Of a DNA stretch of 33,751 bases, positions 26,523-33,751 are shown one piece after another. Position numbers and translations under genes: made by a program. The stretch covers positions 1-33,751 of the forward strand of contig JBBSNO010000003.1 in the NCBI GenBank assembly GCA_038232615.1, given 5' to 3'. The notes under the pieces are model-generated. The model ran no database searches. It saw only the letters and a program-made list of their open reading frames with translations, and had not been told where the DNA came from. The stretch comes from Actinomycetales bacterium. Lineage in GTDB: Bacteria > Actinomycetota > Actinomycetes > Actinomycetales > DASROP01. The first letter of the stretch is position 1. Every line of letters begins with the position of its first letter.

Positions 26523-26536
26523 GCCAGCAGCTGCCT

Positions 26537-28355
<1,819 letters not shown>

Positions 28356-28505
28356 GCCAGGAGGCGCCGGGAGGGGTGCGACGCCGTCGACGACCCAAGC
28401 CGCATCCGAGTCGACTCGTAGCGATCCCTCGCCGCCGCCAGCTCCCCGATCGTTACTTGGTTGTGATGTGGGACAAGGGTTTCGGGCCGTTCTGGCGGGG
28501 GTCGT

Positions 28506-28527
28506 TGTCGGTGGCGGCGGCTAGTTT
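28506..28527 (+). promoter_or_regulatory. PafBC-dependent (RecA-NDp) DNA-damage promoter
   Basis: TGTCGG-TGGCGGCGGC-TAGTTT, i.e. TGTCGG-N10-TANNNT; ATG 6 nt downstream (leaderless). Confidence 0.85.
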
Positions 28528-28533
28528 CGTGGT

Positions 28534-30021
28534 ATGGCAACAGGTCCGAGCGAGGTACCGCAGCACGATGTGCTGCGGGGCCTGGCCCTGGTGGGTGAGG
28601 GACTCGACCTGGTCGCCGGTGCTGATGGGCTGTCGCTGTCGGACGCCGAGACCCGCGACGCCCTGGCCGCGGTGACGGTACTGAGCGCCCGGTGCCGCGC
28701 CGCGTACCTGCACCTGCTCGAGGCGGCCGCGGAGCGCGACGTCCCGCACACCTCGACCGCGGGCACGAAGGGCACGGACAGCGCCGGGGGTGCGGAGACG
28801 TGCACGTGGCTGGCCGCGGCGGCGCGGATGACCGCTGGCAAGGTGAGGGCCGACCTGCGGGAGGCGAAGGCGTTGGACCCCGACACCGGGACCTTGCGGG
28901 CGATGGGCACCGAGCTGGCGCGGGGCCGGGTGACGCCCGAGCACGCGTCCGTCGCGGTCCGGGCGTTGCGGGGCGTGCCGGCCCGCGTGCTGCGGCAGCG
29001 GCGGGCGGATGTCGACACCCTGCTGACCGGTCACGCCACCACGTTTGACCCCGCCACCACCACCGCGCTGGCTCGGCACCTGCTGGCCACCGTCTGCCCC
29101 GACCGGGCCGACCACGTCGACGCCGAGGCCCACCTGCGCCGTGAGCTGTACCTGGGCGTCGACTCCACCGGGATGGGGGTCCTGCGCGCCCAGCTCGACC
29201 CTGCGACCACCGCGCACCTGAAGGCCGTCCTGGACCACCTGTCCGCCCCGCACCGCGGGCCCGTCCAGACCGATGGCGAGGCCGGTACCGCTGGCGAGGC
29301 CGGTACCGCTGGCGAGGCCGGGCAGGCGGGGCTGGGTATCAACGACACCCGAACGCCTGCCCAGCGCCGCCACGACGCCCTGGCCGAGATGACCCGCGCC
29401 GCCGCCGGGGCGCTGCACACCAGCGTCCGCGCCGGTGAACCTCCCCGCGTCGTCGTCCACACCACCCCCGAACAGATCGCCGTGGCCGGCAGTGGTGGCG
29501 CGGCGTTCCTCAAGCCCGCGCCTGCCGGGGCAGCGTCCTGCGAGCAGACCGGGCCGCTGACGCTCGTCACCCTGGCCCTGCTGGCCTGCGACGCGGTGAT
29601 CGACCGGATCGTCTTGAACGAGTCCGGGCGGGTGCTGGAGCTGACCAGCCTGGGCCGGTTCTTCACCCCCGCCCAACGCCGGGCCCTGGGCGCCCGCGAT
29701 GGCGGGTGCGCGTTCCCCGGCTGCAGCCGACCCCCGTCGTGGTGCGATAGCCATCACATCGTCTTCTGGTCCGACGGCGGACCCACCACGATTGAGAACG
29801 GGGTGCTGCTCTGCGGTCCTCACCACACCGAGATCCACTGCGGTCAATGGGCGATCACCACCCGTGACGGTGTCCCCTGGTTCGTCCCACCACGACATCT
29901 CGATCCCACCCAGCGACCCGTGCGCAACTCCGTCCACCACGCCGTCGCCCACACCCGAGAAGTCGCGCAGCAGCTCCACCTCGACCTACCACCAGGCACC
30001 ACGACCGACCCGGACGGATAG
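28534..30021 (+). CDS. DUF222 (13E12-repeat family) protein with C-terminal HNH endonuclease domain
   Basis: RTPAQRRHDAL, LACDA, RFFTPAQRRALGARDGGCAFPGC...CDSHHI..W..GGPT..ENGVLLC..HH. Confidence 0.95.
   Translation: MATGPSEVPQHDVLRGLALVGEGLDLVAGADGLSLSDAETRDALAAVTVLSARCRAAYLHLLEAAAERDVPHTSTAGTKGTDSAGGAETCTWLAAAARMTAGKVRADLREAKALDPDTGTLRAMGTELARGRVTPEHASVAVRALRGVPARVLRQRRADVDTLLTGHATTFDPATTTALARHLLATVCPDRADHVDAEAHLRRELYLGVDSTGMGVLRAQLDPATTAHLKAVLDHLSAPHRGPVQTDGEAGTAGEAGTAGEAGQAGLGINDTRTPAQRRHDALAEMTRAAAGALHTSVRAGEPPRVVVHTTPEQIAVAGSGGAAFLKPAPAGAASCEQTGPLTLVTLALLACDAVIDRIVLNESGRVLELTSLGRFFTPAQRRALGARDGGCAFPGCSRPPSWCDSHHIVFWSDGGPTTIENGVLLCGPHHTEIHCGQWAITTRDGVPWFVPPRHLDPTQRPVRNSVHHAVAHTREVAQQLHLDLPPGTTTDPDG
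29275..29321 (+). repeat. In-frame 18-bp tandem repeat (about 2.6 copies), encoding GEAGTA
   Basis: GGCGAGGCCGGTACCGCT twice, then GGCGAGGCCGG. Confidence 0.9.
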
Positions 30022-30076
30022 GCAGCGCCTTCTTACCACTGGCGCACTTTTGGGCTCGGTGCCGACAAGGCTGACA

Positions 30077-30509
30077 TCACGGGTCGCCGAGGAGGGACGC
30101 AACGCCGCCGGAGTCCGCGAGCACGTGGTTCAGCCCAGCCACGTGCGAGAAGGCGCGGTCTGCCGAGACCAGAGCCTGGGCGCCTGCCCCGACCGCCACA
30201 GCTGCCAGGAGGGTCGAAGGCGCCGACCGTGTCGACGTCGCGATAGACGCCGAACGCGCGCACCAGGCTGTCCTCGTCAGCGGTCAGCAACGGTGAGAGC
30301 AGATCCAGGTACGCATCGGCGAGGTCGACGGCATCCGCCCGCGTGCGACGCCGCGACCTGACGTGGACGAACCCCTGCAACACCTCCACCGTCGTCGTGG
30401 CCGCGACGGCTCCCTCACGAACCGCCCTCAGCAGGCGCCGGCAGGGTTCACGCAACCGGTGGTCGGTACCGACCGCGTACACGAGCACAGTCGTGTCGAG
30501 GACGATCAC
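30077..30509 (-). pseudogene. vapC: VapC PIN-domain toxin, frameshifted
   Basis: [12 protein letters not shown]...TTVEVLQ...GAFD, frameshift near 30212, then [27 protein letters not shown]...DP*. The C-terminal SAD motif is out of frame. Confidence 0.85.
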
Positions 30510-30755
30510 GCCCGGCGCTCGTGCCCCGCGTCGAGCTCCGCCCTCAGATCCGCCGGATCGTCGGGGACCGGCATCGGGTCAGTGTCCAGTATCCGGCGGA
30601 GTGCGGCGGCTCGTCGCCGGTCGTCGGTGGCGGGCAAGCCTCTGTCGATGACCTCCCGGATCACGGCGCGACGGAGATCCCTTGTCGCTCTGCCCTGGCA
30701 GCAACGCGCTCGTAGCGGGCTTCGTCGAGCAGATATGGAGCCGCCGTCCCATCAT
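30506..30755 (-). pseudogene. vapB: VapB-like RHH/CopG antitoxin with two frameshifts
   Basis: MMGRRLHI / LLDEARYERVAARAERQGISVA / AVIREVIDRGLP...[16 protein letters not shown]...RA*. Its stop overlaps the vapC GTG (GTGA); -10 TATGGT lies 6 nt upstream. Confidence 0.8.
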
Positions 30756-30882
30756 CGCTCCACCATACCTGCGCATGCCTGCACATGGTCGTGGGTCGCG
30801 TCGGCAGGGAGGTGCCCGAGTCGGGTTGTCTGCATGTCGGGACGGCGTGCGCCCGAGGGGTGGAACGCGAGAGGATCCGCCG

Positions 30883-32256
30883 GTGAGTGCCTCCCGCCCC
30901 GTCGCAAGGTCCACGATCCGCGTGGCGCTGCTCGGCTGCGGTGTGGTGGGCACCGAGGTCGCCCGCCTGCTGACCCAGCACTCCAGCGAGCTGGCCGCCC
31001 GCGTCGGCGCCCCGGTCGAGCTGGTCGGCATCGGCGTCCGCCGCCTCGGCCGCGCCCGCGACCTGGACGTCGCCCCGACCCTGTTCACCACCGACGCGGC
31101 GGCCCTGGTTCGGGACGCGGACGTCGTCGTCGAGGTGATCGGCGGCATCGAGCCGGCCCGCACGCTGCTGCTGGACGCCATGGCGCACGGGGCGGGGGTC
31201 GTGACGGCGAACAAGGCGCTGCTCGCCGAGGACGGGCCGACCCTGTACGCCGCGGCGGAGGAGCACGGGGTCGACCTGTACTTCGAGGCGGCCGTCGCCG
31301 GGGCCATCCCGTTGGTGCGTCCGGTGCGCGAGTCCCTGGCCGGCGACCGCGTCCGCAAGGTGCTCGGGATCGTCAACGGCACCACCAACTACGTGCTCGA
31401 CCAGATGCACAGCACCGGCGCCGGGTTCGCAGACGCCGTCCAGCAGGCCCAGTCCCTGGGCTACGCAGAGGCCGACCCGACCGCGGACGTCGAGGGCTTC
31501 GACGCCGCGGCCAAGGCCGCCATCCTGGCGTCACTCGCGTTCCACACCCGCGTCAGCGCCGCCGACGTGCACCGCGAGGGGATCACCGGCGTGACCGCCG
31601 GCGACGTCGCGGCCGCCCGCGAGGCGGGATGCGTCGTCAAGCTGTTGGCCATCTGCGAGCGCACTGGTAGCATCGGATCCTTTGGGGGAGAAGGGGTCTC
31701 GGTCCGGGTGCATCCAGCCATGCTTCCCAGGGACCACCCGCTCGCTGGCGTCCGAGGTGCGTACAACGCCGTGTTCGTCGAGGCCGAGGCGGCCGGGTCC
31801 CTGATGTTCTACGGCCAGGGGGCCGGCGGGCAGCCGACCGCGAGCGCCGTCCTGGGCGACCTCGTCGCGGTGGCGCGGCACCGTGTCGGCGGTGGCCGCG
31901 GGCCGGGGGAGTCGAGCTACGCGGACCTGCCCGTGCAGCCGATGGACCAGGTGATGACGAGGTACCACATCCGGCTCGACGTGGCGGACCGTCCGGGCGT
32001 TCTCGCCAAGGTGGCGCAGTGCTTCGCCGAGCACGACGTCTCGATAGAGACCGTGCGTCAGCGGCTGGTGGGGGGCAAGGGTGGACGCCGGGCAGCTCTC
32101 GTCGTCGTCACCCACACCGCACCGGACTCCGCCCTGGCCGCGACCGTCGAAGCCCTCGAGGGGCTGGACGTCGTCGACGCCGTCGCGTCGGTGCTGCGGG
32201 TCGAGGGAGACCCTGAGGGTGAGATGGAGACTGGCACCGCAGGCGACCCGACGTGA
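30883..32256 (+). CDS. hom: Homoserine dehydrogenase with C-terminal ACT domain
   Basis: [72 protein letters not shown]. Confidence 0.97.
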   Translation: MSASRPVARSTIRVALLGCGVVGTEVARLLTQHSSELAARVGAPVELVGIGVRRLGRARDLDVAPTLFTTDAAALVRDADVVVEVIGGIEPARTLLLDAMAHGAGVVTANKALLAEDGPTLYAAAEEHGVDLYFEAAVAGAIPLVRPVRESLAGDRVRKVLGIVNGTTNYVLDQMHSTGAGFADAVQQAQSLGYAEADPTADVEGFDAAAKAAILASLAFHTRVSAADVHREGITGVTAGDVAAAREAGCVVKLLAICERTGSIGSFGGEGVSVRVHPAMLPRDHPLAGVRGAYNAVFVEAEAAGSLMFYGQGAGGQPTASAVLGDLVAVARHRVGGGRGPGESSYADLPVQPMDQVMTRYHIRLDVADRPGVLAKVAQCFAEHDVSIETVRQRLVGGKGGRRAALVVVTHTAPDSALAATVEALEGLDVVDAVASVLRVEGDPEGEMETGTAGDPT

Positions 32257-33347
32257 GCTCTGTCCGCGTGCACCAGTGGGGCGGCGTCATCGAGGAGTAC
32301 CGCGACCGGCTGCCGCCCGAGGTCGGCACCGACGTCGTCACGCTCGGGGAGGGAGGCACCCCGCTCGTCCCGGCCCGGCACCTGTCGGCGCTGACGGGTT
32401 GCGAGGTCTGGGTCAAGGTGGAGGGCAACAACCCCACCGGCTCCTTCAAGGACCGCGGCATGACCACCGCCATCTCGCGGGCCAAGGCATTGAGGGCCAA
32501 GGCCGTCATCTGCGCCTCGACCGGCAACACCTCCGCCTCGGCCGCCGCCTACGCGACCGCGGCGGGGATGACGTGCGGGGTGCTCGTGCCCGAAGGACGC
32601 ATCGCAATGGGCAAGCTGAGCCAGGCCATCGCCCACGGGGCCACCCTGCTACAGGTCGAGGGCAACTTCGACGACTGTCTGACGCTGGCACGCAAGCTGG
32701 CCGAGGCCTACCCGGTCGAGCTCGTGAACTCGGTCAACCCCTACCGCATCGAGGGCCAGAAGACGGCTGCGTTCGAGGTCGTCGACGCCCTCGGTGACGC
32801 CCCCGACATCCACTGCCTGCCGGTGGGCAACGCCGGCAACATCACCGCCTACTGGAAGGGGTACCGCCAGTACACGGAGTCCTCCACCCTTCCGGGCCCG
32901 GCCACGCGGACCCCGTCCATGTGGGGCTTCCAGGCGGCGGGGGCGGCCCCGATCGTCAGGGGGCACCCGGTCGACCAGCCCGACACCATCGCCACCGCCA
33001 TCCGCATCGGCAACCCGGCGTCGTGGCGCCAGGCCGAGGCCGCCCGCGACGAGTCGCGCGGCGTGATCGAGGCGGTGACGGACGAGCAGATCCTGGCGGC
33101 CCACCGCCTGCTCTCCAGCAGGGACGGCGTCTTCGTGGAGCCCGCTTCGGCGGCCGGTGTCGCCGGGCTGCTGGCACGGCATGCGGCGGGCCGGCTGGAC
33201 CCGGGCCAGCGGGTCGTCGTGACCGTGACCGGCCACGGCCTCAAGGACCCTGCGTGGGCGCTGCGCACCGCCGACGGCAGCGACATCGAACCCGTGCGCG
33301 TTCAGGTCGACGCCATCAGCGCCGCCGACGCCCTCGGCCTGGGCTGA
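32253..33347 (+). CDS. thrC: Threonine synthase
   Basis: [19 protein letters not shown] (PLP Lys), [28 protein letters not shown]. Confidence 0.97.
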   Translation: MSSVRVHQWGGVIEEYRDRLPPEVGTDVVTLGEGGTPLVPARHLSALTGCEVWVKVEGNNPTGSFKDRGMTTAISRAKALRAKAVICASTGNTSASAAAYATAAGMTCGVLVPEGRIAMGKLSQAIAHGATLLQVEGNFDDCLTLARKLAEAYPVELVNSVNPYRIEGQKTAAFEVVDALGDAPDIHCLPVGNAGNITAYWKGYRQYTESSTLPGPATRTPSMWGFQAAGAAPIVRGHPVDQPDTIATAIRIGNPASWRQAEAARDESRGVIEAVTDEQILAAHRLLSSRDGVFVEPASAAGVAGLLARHAAGRLDPGQRVVVTVTGHGLKDPAWALRTADGSDIEPVRVQVDAISAADALGLG

Positions 33348-33349
33348 CG

Positions 33350-33751
33350 GTGGGCCCGCCGCGGGCGACGCTGCGCCTCGACGCTCCCGTCCGCGTGCGC
33401 GTGCCCGGATCCAGCGCGAACCTCGGACCGGGCTACGACGCCGTGGGCCTCGCCCTGCGGTTCCACGACGAGGTGGAGGTCACCGCGACCGCGTCGGGGA
33501 GCGTCGAGGTGAGCGTCGAGGGGGAGGGCGCCGGCCGCGTCGGCCGGGGCGAGGACCACCTCGTCGTCCGGGCCGTACGGGCCACGTTCGACCGCGTCGG
33601 GGCTCCACAGGCCGGACTGGTGCTGCGCTGCCGCAACGCCGTGCCGCACGGCCGGGGCGTCGGGTCGTCGGCGGCAGCCGTCGTCGCCGGCGTGGTCGCC
33701 GTCCGAGGGCTCCTGCGCCAGCCCGAGCTGCTGGACGACGTCACCGCTCTG
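33350..33751 (+). CDS. thrB: Homoserine kinase (partial, runs off the window)
   Basis: [21 protein letters not shown] and the GHMP motif [13 protein letters not shown]; follows hom-thrC. Confidence 0.95.
   Translation, partial: MGPPRATLRLDAPVRVRVPGSSANLGPGYDAVGLALRFHDEVEVTATASGSVEVSVEGEGAGRVGRGEDHLVVRAVRATFDRVGAPQAGLVLRCRNAVPHGRGVGSSAAAVVAGVVAVRGLLRQPELLDDVTAL

Overview
A high-GC actinobacterial chromosomal segment, probably Micrococcales/Kineosporiales-like judging by the tmRNA tag ADSKRTDFALAA and gene content. The intact backbone runs: smpB, three metabolic genes, ssrA (tmRNA), a GAF-GGDEF diguanylate cyclase, an ACT-domain malic enzyme, an Fe3+ ABC transporter with IdeR-type boxes followed by vanZ-like, yqgE, DUF3039 and MFS genes, an SF2 helicase broken by an internal deletion, a membrane GGDEF-EAL protein, a Rieske membrane protein, phoX, a stand-alone AceE-like E1, an SRPBCC protein, lrp/hppD, a DUF222-HNH nuclease and hom-thrC-thrB. 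Accessory DNA is decaying: a deletion-collapsed kaiC::kaiB/kaiB remnant, a truncated second DUF222 copy, an ArsR/MFS remnant, a frameshifted small secreted protein gene and a vapBC pair with both genes frameshifted. The best non-coding signals are PafBC (RecA-NDp) promoters on both DUF222 copies (one overlapped by a perfect LexA box), sigma-28 (FliA/WhiG)-type promoters on both c-di-GMP genes, an 86-bp REP-like palindrome and a ~430-bp hairpin-rich intergenic region. I found no CRISPR array, integrase, transposase or prophage, and the sequence alone does not prove a complete novel system; candidates are listed under findings. All family assignments come from motif recognition, not database searches.
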